The notes under the pieces were generated by a model. That model was not told the origin of the DNA, did no database searches, and saw only the letters and a list, made by a program, of their open reading frames with translations. Both the position numbers and the translations under genes were made by a program. A DNA stretch of 64,000 nt from Pseudomonadota bacterium (GTDB lineage Bacteria; Pseudomonadota; Alphaproteobacteria; UBA11222): the NCBI GenBank assembly GCA_049323435.1, contig JBMOMX010000032.1, positions 18,555-82,554 on the forward strand. Reading direction: 5' to 3'. This document shows, piece after piece, positions 28,134 to 38,641 of the stretch. How positions within the stretch are numbered: position 1 is the stretch's first letter; every line of letters starts with the position of its first letter.

Positions 28134-29549
28134 ATGATTGTCAAAGGCGCAAGTTTGGAACAATTATTGAAGCGCCCGGCCAGCGCCCTTCGCGCCGTGC
28201 TGTTTTATGGACCCAATGAGGGGCGTGTCCGGGAACATGCCCAGCGCGTGACCCAGGCGATTGTCGCGGATATACATGACCCGTTTCGCATTGCCAATCT
28301 GACCGGAGCCGCGCTTAAGGAAGATCCTGCACTTCTGGGTGATGAGGCGGCTGCGATTGCCATGACCGGCGGGCGCCGGGTAATACGCCTGAGCGGGGCC
28401 GGGGATGCCCTGCTTCCGGCATTTCTGAATTTTCTGCAAGACCCCAAAGGCGATTCGCTGATCGTCATGGAGGCGGGAGCACTGACCAAAACCTCCAAAT
28501 TGCGCAAAACTTTTGAGGACAGTCCGTTATGCGCAATCGCTGCCTGTTATGAAGACAGTGCAGCCGATCTGTCGGCAATGGTCACTGATCACTTGGCGCA
28601 GAACGGGCTGAGGATTACTTCAGATGCTAAGGACTATCTGCTGCAATGTTTGGGCGAAGACCGCATGGCCAGCCGACAGGAACTGGACAAGCTGGTTTTA
28701 TATAAGGGATTTTGGACACGCCAACGGAACAGTAGAGATATCAAAGATGTCATGGCAGGCGTCGGTAGCCAGGATACCGGCGATATCCCAGGTATCGGAG
28801 ATATACCTGACACAATAGATAGCCATGATGGCGCAGATATCCTGGCTATCGCGGATAGCAGAGGTATCACCGGTACCAATACTATCCTGGATTGCACGGA
28901 TATCCATGATGCCATAGCTATCGCAGATGTCTTAGAGACCCCTGACATCAGGGGTATAAAAGATACCGGCGGTATCATGGATGTCCATGACCGCTCTGAT
29001 AGCCATGATAGCTCTGATAGCCATGATGGCCATGATGGCTATGATGGCCATGATCTCCGGCATGGCATGGCGTCCAAGGATAATCTGGTGCGCTTGCAGG
29101 ATGTGCAGGCCTGTATTGGCGATGGTGCCGTTCACAGTCTCGATGAAATTTGTGACTGCCTGTGTCTGGGCGATCCTGAAGCGCTGGATGCGCATATTCA
29201 GCGCGCTTTTGCGGGCGGGGTTTCCCCTATCACTATCTTGCGTGCGCTCAGCACCCATCTGATGAAACTGCAACTGGTACTCGCGGCGCAGGCGAAGGGC
29301 AGTTCTGCCGATATGGCGCTGCGGGTGCTGCGGCCGCCTTTGCATTTCTCAAGAATCACGGCATTCCGCCGCATGCTGCCTATGTGGAATACGCAGTTGG
29401 CCGCACATGCGCTGGAACAGGTGCTGCGGACCGAGGCGGCCTGTAAAACCACCGGCGCACCGGATTTCAGCCTGTGCAGCCAGGCCCTGCTTCAGCTGGC
29501 GCATCTGCCGCGCCGCGCCCGGACGGCCCCCCCGGCCGGGCTGAGTTAA
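28134..29549 (+). CDS. holA: DNA polymerase III subunit delta, carrying a ~120-aa low-complexity D/H/I/G-rich insertion
   Basis: The N-terminal ~195 aa and the C-terminal ~150 aa align with HolA architecture (LRAVLFYGPNEG..., C-terminal helical domain). The protein is 471 aa against a typical length of about 340 aa. The excess is a repeat-encoded segment at roughly 28725..29085. Confidence 0.75.
   Translation: MIVKGASLEQLLKRPASALRAVLFYGPNEGRVREHAQRVTQAIVADIHDPFRIANLTGAALKEDPALLGDEAAAIAMTGGRRVIRLSGAGDALLPAFLNFLQDPKGDSLIVMEAGALTKTSKLRKTFEDSPLCAIAACYEDSAADLSAMVTDHLAQNGLRITSDAKDYLLQCLGEDRMASRQELDKLVLYKGFWTRQRNSRDIKDVMAGVGSQDTGDIPGIGDIPDTIDSHDGADILAIADSRGITGTNTILDCTDIHDAIAIADVLETPDIRGIKDTGGIMDVHDRSDSHDSSDSHDGHDGYDGHDLRHGMASKDNLVRLQDVQACIGDGAVHSLDEICDCLCLGDPEALDAHIQRAFAGGVSPITILRALSTHLMKLQLVLAAQAKGSSADMALRVLRPPLHFSRITAFRRMLPMWNTQLAAHALEQVLRTEAACKTTGAPDFSLCSQALLQLAHLPRRARTAPPAGLS
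28725..29085. repeat. degenerate in-frame coding minisatellite inside holA (gatatc / gatagccat / gatggccat units)
   Basis: AT-richer than the flanks. Repeated GATATC and (gat[ag]gc[ct]atgat) units encode ...DIPGIGDIPDTIDSHD...SDSHDSSDSHDGHDGYDGHD. All six frames stay open across it, the usual signature of a simple repeat. Confidence 0.7.
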
Positions 29550-30433
29550 AACTGGCCCTGAGCCGGATTGGTCAGCAATCGCTGATAGACATCCTCAAGC
29601 TGTTCCAACGATTTATATTCGATGGAAATGACACCTTCCAGAAAGCCCCGTGGCGAGATGGTCACCTTAAGCCCAAGCCCGTCCGCGATCTGTTTTTCCA
29701 GCGCCAGCAGATTGGGATCTTTTATCAGCGGGGGTTTTTTAGCGCCGGAGGGTTTGCGTCCTTTTGCCAGCGCCTCGGCATCGCGCACCGACAGCTTGCC
29801 TTTGACAATCTGTTGCGCCAGCGCTTCGGGATCAGACGCTGTGATCAGGGTGCGTGCATGTCCCGCGGAAAGGCGGTTATCTTCCAGCATCGCCTGGATG
29901 GATTCAGGCAGCGCCAGCAGCCGCAGCATATTGGCGACATGGCTGCGGCTTTTGCCCACCACGCGGCCGACATCCTCCTGCGAATGATCAAATTCATCTA
30001 TCAGCCGGGCATAGCCGCGTGCCTCATCCATCGGGTTCAGATCTGCCCTTTGAATATTTTCAATCAGCGCCAGTTCCAGGCTTTCGGCATCGGTCAGATC
30101 CTTGACCAGAATCGGCACCTCATGCAGACGCGCCAATTGTGCCGCCCGCCAGCGCCGTTCCCCGGCAACAATTTCATAATGCTCGGCCAGATCGGGTACC
30201 GGACGCACCAGAATAGGTTGCAAGACGCCCTTTTCCCGAATGGAATCGGTTAATTCCTTCAAAGCGGCATCGTCAAATTTTTTGCGCGGCTGAAAATGAT
30301 TGGGGCGCAGATTGCCCACCGGGATATGTTGCGGGGTCCGCGAAGGCATGACGCGCCCAAAAGGTGAGCGTTCCTCGCCCAGCAACGCGGACAGTCCACG
30401 CCCCAGCTTCTGTCTTCTGATTTCGTCACTCAT
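29546..30433 (-). CDS. parB: chromosome partitioning protein ParB
   Basis: 295 aa; ParB box GERRWRAA, an HTH region, and the N-terminal KLGRGLSALL. Confidence 0.9.
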   Translation of the reverse strand: MSDEIRRQKLGRGLSALLGEERSPFGRVMPSRTPQHIPVGNLRPNHFQPRKKFDDAALKELTDSIREKGVLQPILVRPVPDLAEHYEIVAGERRWRAAQLARLHEVPILVKDLTDAESLELALIENIQRADLNPMDEARGYARLIDEFDHSQEDVGRVVGKSRSHVANMLRLLALPESIQAMLEDNRLSAGHARTLITASDPEALAQQIVKGKLSVRDAEALAKGRKPSGAKKPPLIKDPNLLALEKQIADGLGLKVTISPRGFLEGVISIEYKSLEQLEDVYQRLLTNPAQGQF

Positions 30434-30461
30434 GATTTATTCCGCACCCTTGCCGCAGGGG

Positions 30462-31313
30462 TCAGGCGGCTTTTGCCTGGCGCTCCTGCCGGAGAATTTC
30501 TCCAGCAAGTTTTATATAGGCCCGGCTGCCTGCGCAATGCATATCATAGATCAGCACAGGCTTTCCGTAAGAGGGCGCTTCTGAAACCCGCACATTTCTG
30601 GGTATCACCGTGTCATAAACTTTTTTACCCAAAAATCCGCGCACATCCAGGGCCACCTGATCCGAAAGATTATTGCGGGAATCAAACATGGTCAGGACAA
30701 TGCCCTGAATTTCCAGCAGCGGATTCAAAGTGTCACGTACCATATCGACGGTGCGTAATAATTGGCTCAACCCTTCCAGCGCGAAAAACTCACATTGCAA
30801 CGGCACCAGAATCGAATCTGCCGCCGCCAGCGCATTGATCGTGAGCAAAGAAAGTGCGGGCGGGCAATCAATCAGAATATAGCTAAAGGGAAGCTGCCCT
30901 GCTTGCGCCGATTGTAACAGCATATCCCGCAGGCGAAAATTCCGCCGGGGCAGGTTTATCAATTCCAGCTCCGCACCGGAAAGATCGACCGAAGATGGCA
31001 GCACGCTGAGACCCGGAATGGAAGAAGCCTGCACCGCCTGCACCAGATCGGCCTCACCCATCAGCACTTCATAGATGGAACATTCCCGTGCCTGCTGGCT
31101 GACCCCCAAACCCGTGCTGGCATTACCTTGCGGGTCCAAATCAATCACCAGCACCCGCTCGCCAACCGCCGCCAATGCGGTGCCCAGATTAATTGCGGTT
31201 GTGGTTTTCCCCACCCCGCCTTTCTGATTGGCAACCGCAATCAGACGTGCGCCGCCAAGGTTTAATGTTTCACGTGAAACAGGCAAAGGTCGCGATACAG
31301 GAAAATCAGACAC
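30462..31313 (-). CDS. parA: chromosome partitioning ATPase ParA (Soj)
   Basis: Deviant Walker A KGGVGKTTTAINL. The annotated 5' end overlaps a parS site, so the true start may be downstream of 31313. Confidence 0.9.
   Translation of the reverse strand: MSDFPVSRPLPVSRETLNLGGARLIAVANQKGGVGKTTTAINLGTALAAVGERVLVIDLDPQGNASTGLGVSQQARECSIYEVLMGEADLVQAVQASSIPGLSVLPSSVDLSGAELELINLPRRNFRLRDMLLQSAQAGQLPFSYILIDCPPALSLLTINALAAADSILVPLQCEFFALEGLSQLLRTVDMVRDTLNPLLEIQGIVLTMFDSRNNLSDQVALDVRGFLGKKVYDTVIPRNVRVSEAPSYGKPVLIYDMHCAGSRAYIKLAGEILRQERQAKAA
31266..31281. promoter_or_regulatory. parS centromere site (perfect 16-bp palindrome TGTTTCACGTGAAACA)
   Basis: Exact match to the canonical parS palindrome, inside the annotated 5' end of the parA ORF. 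Confidence 0.8.
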
Positions 31314-31977
31314 GGGCTACCTCCGTGATTATCAGCACCTTGCCTGCCGAATGAGTTCGGCTTGGGTGCTGTATCACCGTCATTTTTCTATATTTTGCGG
31401 CCAATGTCAATTCATCATCTACATCTTGTCCTTTTAAAAGTAAATAAATCGTATCCGGCCCGGCAATCGGCGCAGTCAATTCCAGGATCCGATGCAGCGG
31501 GGCCAGCGCACGCGCCGTGATCAGCCGCGCCGGACCGCCCAATTGCGGCGGTTGTAGCTGCTCGATACGCTGCGCATGGACCTGTGCGGAAATTCCGGTG
31601 GCGCGAATCACTTCCTGCAAAAAAATTGCCTTGCGCTGATCGCTTTCGACCAGATGCAGGCTGGCGGCATTGCCCGTATCCTCCTGAAGCAGCGCAAGCA
31701 CCAGACCCGGAAATCCGGCGCCACTGCCAATGTCCAGCCAGGGTGCGCGCTGTTCAGGCAGAAGATGTAAAAGCTGGGCGCTGTCACGCAGGTGGCGCTG
31801 CCACAAATCCGGCAGCGTGCTGGCGCTGACCAGATTGATCCTGGGCTGCCATTTTTGCAGCAATGCGACAAAGTGATTTACCCGCGCCAGTGCCGCCGGG
31901 CCAATATTGAATTCCCGTTGAAATTCCACCGGCCCATAAGGGCCGCTGCTGGCATTATCGCAATTGCCGCCGTTCAC
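31306..31977 (-). CDS. rsmG: 16S rRNA (guanine527-N7)-methyltransferase RsmG (GidB)
   Basis: 223 aa; SAM-MTase motif [12 protein letters not shown]. Conserved position between mnmG and parA. Confidence 0.85.
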   Translation of the reverse strand: MNGGNCDNASSGPYGPVEFQREFNIGPAALARVNHFVALLQKWQPRINLVSASTLPDLWQRHLRDSAQLLHLLPEQRAPWLDIGSGAGFPGLVLALLQEDTGNAASLHLVESDQRKAIFLQEVIRATGISAQVHAQRIEQLQPPQLGGPARLITARALAPLHRILELTAPIAGPDTIYLLLKGQDVDDELTLAAKYRKMTVIQHPSRTHSAGKVLIITEVARV

Positions 31978-33860
31978 GCCGTTCTGACAGCGGGCTGCTT
32001 TTTCACATGCACCAGCAGCGTGGTCAGGGCCGCGGGCGTAATACCCTCAAGCCGCGCGGCCTGTCCCAAAGTCGCCGGGGCAGCTGCGCGCAGCTTCTGA
32101 CGCGCCTCTATCGACAGGCCGGAAATCTTGTCATAATCGAGATCGGCTGGCAAATGCAGCGCCTCGTCTTTTCGATAGGCAATGATATCGGCTTCCTGAC
32201 GCAGCAGATAGGTCGCATATTGCGCATCTGTTTGCACCTGCTCCGCAATATCGGGGGCAATTTCCGCCAGCTGCGGCCATATGACGCTCAACCGGCTAAT
32301 ATCAATATCGCGATAGGCCAACAGATCCCAGGCACTGCGGGTCAGGCCATCCTGATTGACCTGAAGCGCGTGATTCGCCGCCTGTGCCGATGTCAGGCGC
32401 AATGCCTGGGTCATTGCGCGGGCCTGGGTCAGCGCCTGCTGCTTGTACTCAAAATGTGCCGCCCGCTGCGACGAGACACAGCCCCAGGCCATTCCCAGAC
32501 CGGTCAAGCGCTGGTCCGCATTATCCGCCCGCAGGCTTAGCCGATATTCAGCGCGGGAGGTAAACATCCGATAGGGTTCACTGACCCCCTTGCTGGTCAG
32601 ATCGTCTATCATGACGCCAATATAGGCGGTGGCCCGGTCCAGCATCACCCCTGGCTGGCCACCGGCCAGACGGGCGGCATTGATACCAGCCATTAATCCT
32701 TGCGCGGCCGCCTCTTCATAGCCGGTGGTGCCATTGATCTGTCCGGCCAGAAACAGGCCGCCCACCGCAATGGTTTCCAGCGTAGGCCGCAATTCGCGCG
32801 GGTCCACGAAATCATATTCAATGGCATAGCCGGGACGGAAAAACACCGCGCGCTCCAGGCCGTTTATGGCGCGAACCATTTCCAGCTGCACCGATTCCGG
32901 CAGCGATGTGGAAATGCCGTTCGGGTAAATCCAGTCACTCTCCAGCCCCTCCGGCTCCAGAAAAATCTGATGACCCTCTTTGCCGGCGAAACGTACCACC
33001 TTATCCTCTATTGAGGGGCAATAGCGCGGCCCCGTGCCCGCAATCTGACCCGAATAGATCGGCGCACGGTGCAGATTGGCCCGGATGATCGCATGCATTG
33101 CCGGGCTGGTATGGGTAATATAGCAACTGACCTGAGGCGTGCGCGTCTCTCTGTTCATAAACGAAAACAGGCTTGGGGGCGAATCACCCTTCTGTTCTTC
33201 CAGTCCGTACCAGTCAATGGTTCTGCCATCCAGCCGCGGCGGGGTACCGGTCTTTAACCGGCCCATGCGCAATTTCAGCCCATAAAGCGTCTTCGCAAGC
33301 GCCACAGTCGGCGCCTCCCCAACCCGGCCGGCCGGCTGCGTAAACTCGCCCATATGGATAAGGCCGTTCAGAAAAGTTCCGGTGGTGAGTATCAGCGCCT
33401 TGCAGGCAATGTGCTGGCCTGATTCGGTGATCACCGCACGGATGCTGCTGTCAGCCATTTCTATATCCCCGGCCGGGGACGCGAAAATATCAAGGCCCGA
33501 TGTTTGCGCCAGCGCTGCCCGCATATGCTGCCGGTACAAAGCCCGGTCCGCCTGCGCGCGCGGTCCCTGTACGGCAGCGCCCTTGCGCCGGTTCAACAGG
33601 CGGAACTGGATGCCCGCTGCATCCGCAACCCGCCCCATCAGCCCGTCCAGCGCGTCAATTTCACGCACCAGATGCCCTTTGCCCAATCCGCCAATGGCCG
33701 GATTACAGGACATTTCCCCGAGCGTGGAAAAATTATGGGTCAGCAACAGCGTTTCCGCACCCATGCGCGCGGCTGCGGCTGCGGCTTCGCAACCGGCATG
33801 GCCGCCGCCAACCACCACCACATCATAGGTTTTTGCAGACAATTTTTCCAATTCAGGCAT
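31974..33860 (-). CDS. mnmG: tRNA uridine 5-carboxymethylaminomethyl modification enzyme MnmG (GidA)
   Basis: 628 aa; N-terminal FAD motif [16 protein letters not shown] and full-length MnmG architecture. Confidence 0.95.
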   Translation of the reverse strand: MPELEKLSAKTYDVVVVGGGHAGCEAAAAAARMGAETLLLTHNFSTLGEMSCNPAIGGLGKGHLVREIDALDGLMGRVADAAGIQFRLLNRRKGAAVQGPRAQADRALYRQHMRAALAQTSGLDIFASPAGDIEMADSSIRAVITESGQHIACKALILTTGTFLNGLIHMGEFTQPAGRVGEAPTVALAKTLYGLKLRMGRLKTGTPPRLDGRTIDWYGLEEQKGDSPPSLFSFMNRETRTPQVSCYITHTSPAMHAIIRANLHRAPIYSGQIAGTGPRYCPSIEDKVVRFAGKEGHQIFLEPEGLESDWIYPNGISTSLPESVQLEMVRAINGLERAVFFRPGYAIEYDFVDPRELRPTLETIAVGGLFLAGQINGTTGYEEAAAQGLMAGINAARLAGGQPGVMLDRATAYIGVMIDDLTSKGVSEPYRMFTSRAEYRLSLRADNADQRLTGLGMAWGCVSSQRAAHFEYKQQALTQARAMTQALRLTSAQAANHALQVNQDGLTRSAWDLLAYRDIDISRLSVIWPQLAEIAPDIAEQVQTDAQYATYLLRQEADIIAYRKDEALHLPADLDYDKISGLSIEARQKLRAAAPATLGQAARLEGITPAALTTLLVHVKKQPAVRTA

Positions 33861-33983
33861 AGCGCACTCTATGCTGCTTTGCAGTCTTTGTCAAAAATTC
33901 ACCTAAATTATCAGATCGACCCTATTTTACAGATCTACCGGGATCGTCTCTGGCTATTCCATCTGATCCGAATAGGGTCTAGC

Positions 33984-33999
33984 TGTTTCACGTGAAACA
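33984..33999. promoter_or_regulatory. parS centromere site (perfect TGTTTCACGTGAAACA)
   Basis: Second exact copy, in the mnmG-mnmE intergenic region, abutting the mnmE stop codon. Confidence 0.8.
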
Positions 34000-35364
34000 T
34001 TATTTTCCGATGCAGAATTCCCCAAACAGCACATCCAGCATATCCTCGACACCGGCCCGGCCGGTAATCCGCCCCAGGGCCCGCATCGCCAGACGTACAT
34101 CCTCGGCAATCAGTTCTGCCGCTTTATCTTCCGATTGCAGCGCACGCAGCAAGCTTTGCTGACACTGGCTGAGTTCCCGCCTGTGCCGCTCCCGGGTCAG
34201 GCCGGGGGTCTCGCTGCCGCCCAGCCGGGCCGCCACCGCCTGCTGTAACCGCTGCAGCAGCCTGTCCACACCCGCGCCGGTGTGAAGGGATACAGGGATA
34301 TATTCACTTATTCCGGATTCGAAATCTTTTTCGGGATGCAGGTCGATCTTGTTGACCAGTGTCAGGGCAGATCCATCCTGCCAGACCTCGGTCGCCGCAT
34401 GTTTTTCAGGCCATGCGCCCGCATCATAGACCAGAAGTTTCAAATCGGCTGCCGCCGCCTGACGTCCGGCACGCGCAATGCCTTCGGCCTCGATATCATC
34501 CTCGGTAATGCGCAAACCGGCCGTATCCGCAATACTGACCAGATAACCGCCCAAATCCAGATTGACTTCTATCACATCGCGGGTGGTTCCCGCCTGGGGT
34601 GTCACAATGGCTACGTCCCTTTGGGCTAATGCATTGATTAAACTGGATTTTCCAACATTTGGCGCCCCCAGTATGGCGATCCGGAAGCCGCGCCGCAATA
34701 TTTCCCCGCGCTGGCCGTCGGCCAGATGCGCCGAAATATCCGTTGCTAATCCCTGTAACGCCGCTTGCAGTTGTTCATTCAAATCATCGGGCAGTTCTTC
34801 ATCGGAAAAATCTATCTGCGCTTCCAGAATCGCCAGCGCCTGCAACAGGCGGGCCCGCCATGATTCGTAGATTGCGCCCAGACCGCCCTCCATCTGGCGC
34901 AGCGCCTGACGCCGTTGCGCTTGTGTTTCCGCAGCCACCAGATCCGCCAGCCCTTCCACTTCGGTCAGGTCCAGCTTGCCATGATCAAAGGCCCGCCGGG
35001 TAAATTCTCCGGCCAAGGCCGGACGTGTGCCCGGCAGGCCGGAAAGGGTTCGCAGCATTTGCTCAATCACCGCGCGTCCGCCATGCAGATGAAATTCCGC
35101 AACAGATTCGCCGGTAAAACTATTTGGTGCAGGAAACCAAAGCAACAATCCCTGATCAATTGCATGACCATTTTCATCGTAAAAAGTGCGTTTTGACGCC
35201 ATACGTGCCTTGGGTAGCGGTCCTGCCAGCCTTGCTGCAATATCCCCCGCCAGCGGCCCGGAGAGACGCAGCACCGCTACTCCGGCGCGGCCCGGCGCCG
35301 TCGCCATGGCAAATATCGTATCGGGCTCAACCCCCATCCAGGCTGCCGCCTCAACCGGCGCCAC
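34000..35364 (-). CDS. mnmE: tRNA modification GTPase MnmE (TrmE)
   Basis: 454 aa; G-domain motifs (GAPNVGKSSL, DTAG) and the C-terminal ...FCIGK characteristic of MnmE. Confidence 0.9.
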   Translation of the reverse strand: MAPVEAAAWMGVEPDTIFAMATAPGRAGVAVLRLSGPLAGDIAARLAGPLPKARMASKRTFYDENGHAIDQGLLLWFPAPNSFTGESVAEFHLHGGRAVIEQMLRTLSGLPGTRPALAGEFTRRAFDHGKLDLTEVEGLADLVAAETQAQRRQALRQMEGGLGAIYESWRARLLQALAILEAQIDFSDEELPDDLNEQLQAALQGLATDISAHLADGQRGEILRRGFRIAILGAPNVGKSSLINALAQRDVAIVTPQAGTTRDVIEVNLDLGGYLVSIADTAGLRITEDDIEAEGIARAGRQAAAADLKLLVYDAGAWPEKHAATEVWQDGSALTLVNKIDLHPEKDFESGISEYIPVSLHTGAGVDRLLQRLQQAVAARLGGSETPGLTRERHRRELSQCQQSLLRALQSEDKAAELIAEDVRLAMRALGRITGRAGVEDMLDVLFGEFCIGK

Positions 35365-35593
35365 TGCCGGTTTTCAGCGCGCTGCGAAAAAGTTCCTGCC
35401 AGCGTTCCATCGGATTGCCGGTTCCGGCAAGAAACCCCTTGAACAGCGCTTCACCATCCATGGACGCCATGGATTTACGAAACTGCGCCTCCATCTCCTT
35501 GAGCATTCTATCCTGCATCGGAGCCACCTTCGGCAGGCCAAAAAAGGACCGCGCCTCATCCGGGGTGCATTCAACGTTAAAGGTGATTTTCAT
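35351..35593 (-). CDS. small hypothetical protein (about 80 aa)
   Basis: ORF upstream of mnmE; the ATG at MKITFNVE... is preferred over the longer track ORF. No recognisable motif. Confidence 0.3.
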   Translation of the reverse strand: MKITFNVECTPDEARSFFGLPKVAPMQDRMLKEMEAQFRKSMASMDGEALFKGFLAGTGNPMERWQELFRSALKTGSGAG

Positions 35594-35673
35594 AGGGCTT
35601 CCTCGCTTGCTGGAAATGTGCGGCACAGCTATGTTGCCCCTATATCCTATCATAGAATTTAAAGGACCGCGCC

Positions 35674-37707
35674 ATGGAGCGAAACTTTCTGGACCGCGAA
35701 ACCAGCCCCTATCTGTTGCAGCATAAGGACAATCCGGTGCACTGGTATGGCTGGGGCCCGGAAGCGTTTCAGGCCGCGCGCAAATATGGCAAGCCGGTGC
35801 TGCTGTCGATCGGCTATGCCGCCTGCCACTGGTGCCATGTGATGGCGCATGAAAGTTTCGAAGACCCGCAAACTGCCGCGCTTATGAATGAGCTGTTCGT
35901 CAATATCAAGGTGGATCGCGAGGAGCGTCCAGATATAGACGCCATCTATATGCATGCGCTGGCGCTGCTAGGCCAGCCCGGCGGCTGGCCGCTGACCATG
36001 TTCCTGACCTCGGATGGCGAGCCGTTCTGGGGCGGTACCTATTTTCCGCCCCATTCTGCGCATGGCCGCCCTGCCTTTCGCGATATCTTGCGTGAGGTGC
36101 ATCAAGTCTATATGTCCGAACCAGAAAAAATCGCCAATAACAGGGACGCGCTGAAACAGGCGCTGGAGCAGATGAGTCAGACAAATACAGAAGGCCACCT
36201 CACATTTGACCTGCTGGACCAGGCCGTGCGCGGCCTCGCCAGGCAGATCGACCCCGCGCATGGCGGCCTCAAAGGCGCACCCAAATTTCCCCAGCCGGCA
36301 ATATTTGAAATGCTGTGGCGCGGCTATTTGCGCAGCCATGATGATGGCCAATTAAAATTATTGAACGCCACGCTGGAAAATATCTGCCAGGGGGGCATTT
36401 TTGATCATCTCGGCGGCGGCCTTTCGCGTTACGCCACCGATGAGCGCTGGCTGGTCCCGCATTTCGAAAAAATGTTGTATGACAATGCGCAATTCATTGA
36501 TCTGCTCACAATGGTCTGGCCCGGCACGCATTCCACTTTATATGCCTGGCGCCTGTTTGAGACGGTAGCCTGGGTGCAGCGTGAAATGGTGCTTCCCGAA
36601 GGCGGTTTTGCCGCCTCGCTGGACGCCGACAGCGAAGGGGTTGAGGGCAAATATTATGTCTGGGACGAATCCGAGATCGACCGGCTGCTGGGTCTCGACG
36701 CCAAATTCTTCAAACAGCATTATGATGTCACGCCCGCCGGCAACTGGGAGGGAATGAATATTCTCAACCGGCTGAAAGATTTCGGGCTCGCCTCTGACCC
36801 CGATGAACGCCGCCTGGCGCTGCTGCGCGCAAAATTATTACCGGTGCGCGACAGCCGCATTCCGCCCGGGCGTGATGACAAGGTGCTGGCCGACTGGAAC
36901 GGCATGATGATCGCAGCGCTCGCCAATGCTGCCGCTGTATTTGACCGGCCAAGCTGGTTTGAAATGGCGGCCCGCGCATTTGAATTCGTTACCACAGCCA
37001 TGACCGGTCCGGATGGCCGCATCGCCCATTCCTGGTGTGCGGGAAAAATCACCGGCGCGGAGATATTGGATGACTATGCCCATATGGCGCGCGCCGCCCT
37101 CAGCCTATATGAGCTGAGCGGGATCACGGACTATCTGCAATGGGCGCAACGCTGGACCCAACAGGTCAATGAACGTTTCTGGGACAGCGAGAATGGCGGC
37201 TATTTCTATACTCCGAAGGACGCCAGGGATCTGATCGTGCGCACCCGCCAGGGCGCCGATAACGCCACCCCCAGCGGCAATGGCGTGATGGCAAATGTCC
37301 TGGCCCGGCTGGCCTATCTGACCGGCGACATGACGCACCGTCAGCGCGCCACGGCGGTTATCGCGGCATTTGGCGGTGAAGTGCGCAAAAACTATCTGTC
37401 ACTGGCCAGCCTGCTCAACAGTTTCGAATTTCTCGAACGCGGCGTGCAGATCGTCATTCTGGGCGATCGCGCCGACAAACATACCCAGAAACTGTTGCAG
37501 GCGGTCTATTCCCAGCCTGTCCCCGACCGCACCGTCATGGTCATCGCACCTGGAAGCGAACTGCCCAAAAATCACCCGGCACGCAACAAGACCCAGCGCG
37601 ACAACCGCGCGACCGCCTATGTCTGCCGCGGGCCCAGCTGCTCCCTGCCGCTGACCGATCCGGGCATGCTGGCCGACGCGATTGATCCGCGTTTGGTCAA
37701 AGTTTAA
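35674..37707 (+). CDS. thioredoxin-domain (DUF255) protein with a C-terminal six-hairpin (N-acylglucosamine 2-epimerase-like) domain
   Basis: 677 aa; an N-terminal thioredoxin-like region ([20 protein letters not shown]) followed by a long alpha-alpha toroid-like region. This matches the YyaL/SPATA20-like architecture. Confidence 0.75.
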   Translation: MERNFLDRETSPYLLQHKDNPVHWYGWGPEAFQAARKYGKPVLLSIGYAACHWCHVMAHESFEDPQTAALMNELFVNIKVDREERPDIDAIYMHALALLGQPGGWPLTMFLTSDGEPFWGGTYFPPHSAHGRPAFRDILREVHQVYMSEPEKIANNRDALKQALEQMSQTNTEGHLTFDLLDQAVRGLARQIDPAHGGLKGAPKFPQPAIFEMLWRGYLRSHDDGQLKLLNATLENICQGGIFDHLGGGLSRYATDERWLVPHFEKMLYDNAQFIDLLTMVWPGTHSTLYAWRLFETVAWVQREMVLPEGGFAASLDADSEGVEGKYYVWDESEIDRLLGLDAKFFKQHYDVTPAGNWEGMNILNRLKDFGLASDPDERRLALLRAKLLPVRDSRIPPGRDDKVLADWNGMMIAALANAAAVFDRPSWFEMAARAFEFVTTAMTGPDGRIAHSWCAGKITGAEILDDYAHMARAALSLYELSGITDYLQWAQRWTQQVNERFWDSENGGYFYTPKDARDLIVRTRQGADNATPSGNGVMANVLARLAYLTGDMTHRQRATAVIAAFGGEVRKNYLSLASLLNSFEFLERGVQIVILGDRADKHTQKLLQAVYSQPVPDRTVMVIAPGSELPKNHPARNKTQRDNRATAYVCRGPSCSLPLTDPGMLADAIDPRLVKV

Positions 37708-37718
37708 AGGCCGGTCCT

Positions 37719-38597
37719 ATGACAGCTGATCCGCAAAAGGCTATCTTTGCCGAGGGCAGCCAGTTTTATCTGGCGCTTGAATATCGCTGCGCGCCCTCGC
37801 CGCAATTGAAAACCGCGATCCGGCAGGCGCGCGCGGCGGCGGCGGCATCGGGCGCGCATGCCGTGTTCGCCTTTGGTAATAATTTGCTAGCGGCGATCAC
37901 GGACACGCTTCCCGAGGCCTTCAGCGCATTTACGCCAATCCAGGGCGCATCCGGCCTGCACGCACCGGCCACCCAGCGCGATCTGCTGATCTGGATTCAC
38001 GGGGCGCGCATGGATGCAAATTTCGACGCCGCCCGCGCCATGCATAACGCGCTGAAAGACCATGCGGAACTGCTGCTCGAGGTTCCCGGTTTCAATTATC
38101 ACGATAACCGCGACATGACCGGCTTCATTGACGGCACCGCCAATCCGCGCGACGCCGAGGCGCACGAAGCCGCGCTGGTTCCGCCGGGCCGCAATCTGGC
38201 GGGCGGCGCCTATGTCATGAGTATGCAATATCTGCATGATCTGGACGCTTTCAACAGGCTGTCCATCCCCGAACAGGAAAAAATCATCGGCCGCACCAGG
38301 AATGACAGCACCGAGCTGCAACGCGCGGCAAAGCCCAATGACGCCCATATTGCCCGCGCCGAGATTACAGTGGATGGCGAGGAACAGAAAATCTACCGGC
38401 GTTCATTTCCGTTTGGCGGCGTGCGCCAGCACGGGCTTTACTTTCTTGCTTTCGCCTGTGAACAGCGCCGCTTCGAACTGATTTTAAAAAGCATGTATGG
38501 CATTTCCGGTGACGGCGTGCATGATCATTTGCTACACTTTACCCGCGCCGTGACGGGCTCTTTCTGGTTCGCCCCGCCGCTGGGCGCGCTGGATTAA
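37719..38597 (+). CDS. Dyp-type peroxidase, class B (YfeX-like, cytoplasmic)
   Basis: 292 aa; DyP GXXDG motif in TGFIDGTANPRD and no signal peptide. Confidence 0.8.
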   Translation: MTADPQKAIFAEGSQFYLALEYRCAPSPQLKTAIRQARAAAAASGAHAVFAFGNNLLAAITDTLPEAFSAFTPIQGASGLHAPATQRDLLIWIHGARMDANFDAARAMHNALKDHAELLLEVPGFNYHDNRDMTGFIDGTANPRDAEAHEAALVPPGRNLAGGAYVMSMQYLHDLDAFNRLSIPEQEKIIGRTRNDSTELQRAAKPNDAHIARAEITVDGEEQKIYRRSFPFGGVRQHGLYFLAFACEQRRFELILKSMYGISGDGVHDHLLHFTRAVTGSFWFAPPLGALD

Positions 38598-38641
38598 ATG
38601 CCGGGCTTGAAAAATACCGGCCTGAACTGAAGGAGAAAGCA

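Noticed and set aside
28634-29345. Multiple long ORFs on both strands (28634..28978-, 28698..28907-, 28932..29345-, 28981..29262+) and the question of a CRISPR-like array
   Set aside because: All arise because the holA minisatellite lacks stop codons in any frame. The repeat units are 6 to 9 bp and contiguous, with no spacers, so this is not a CRISPR array.
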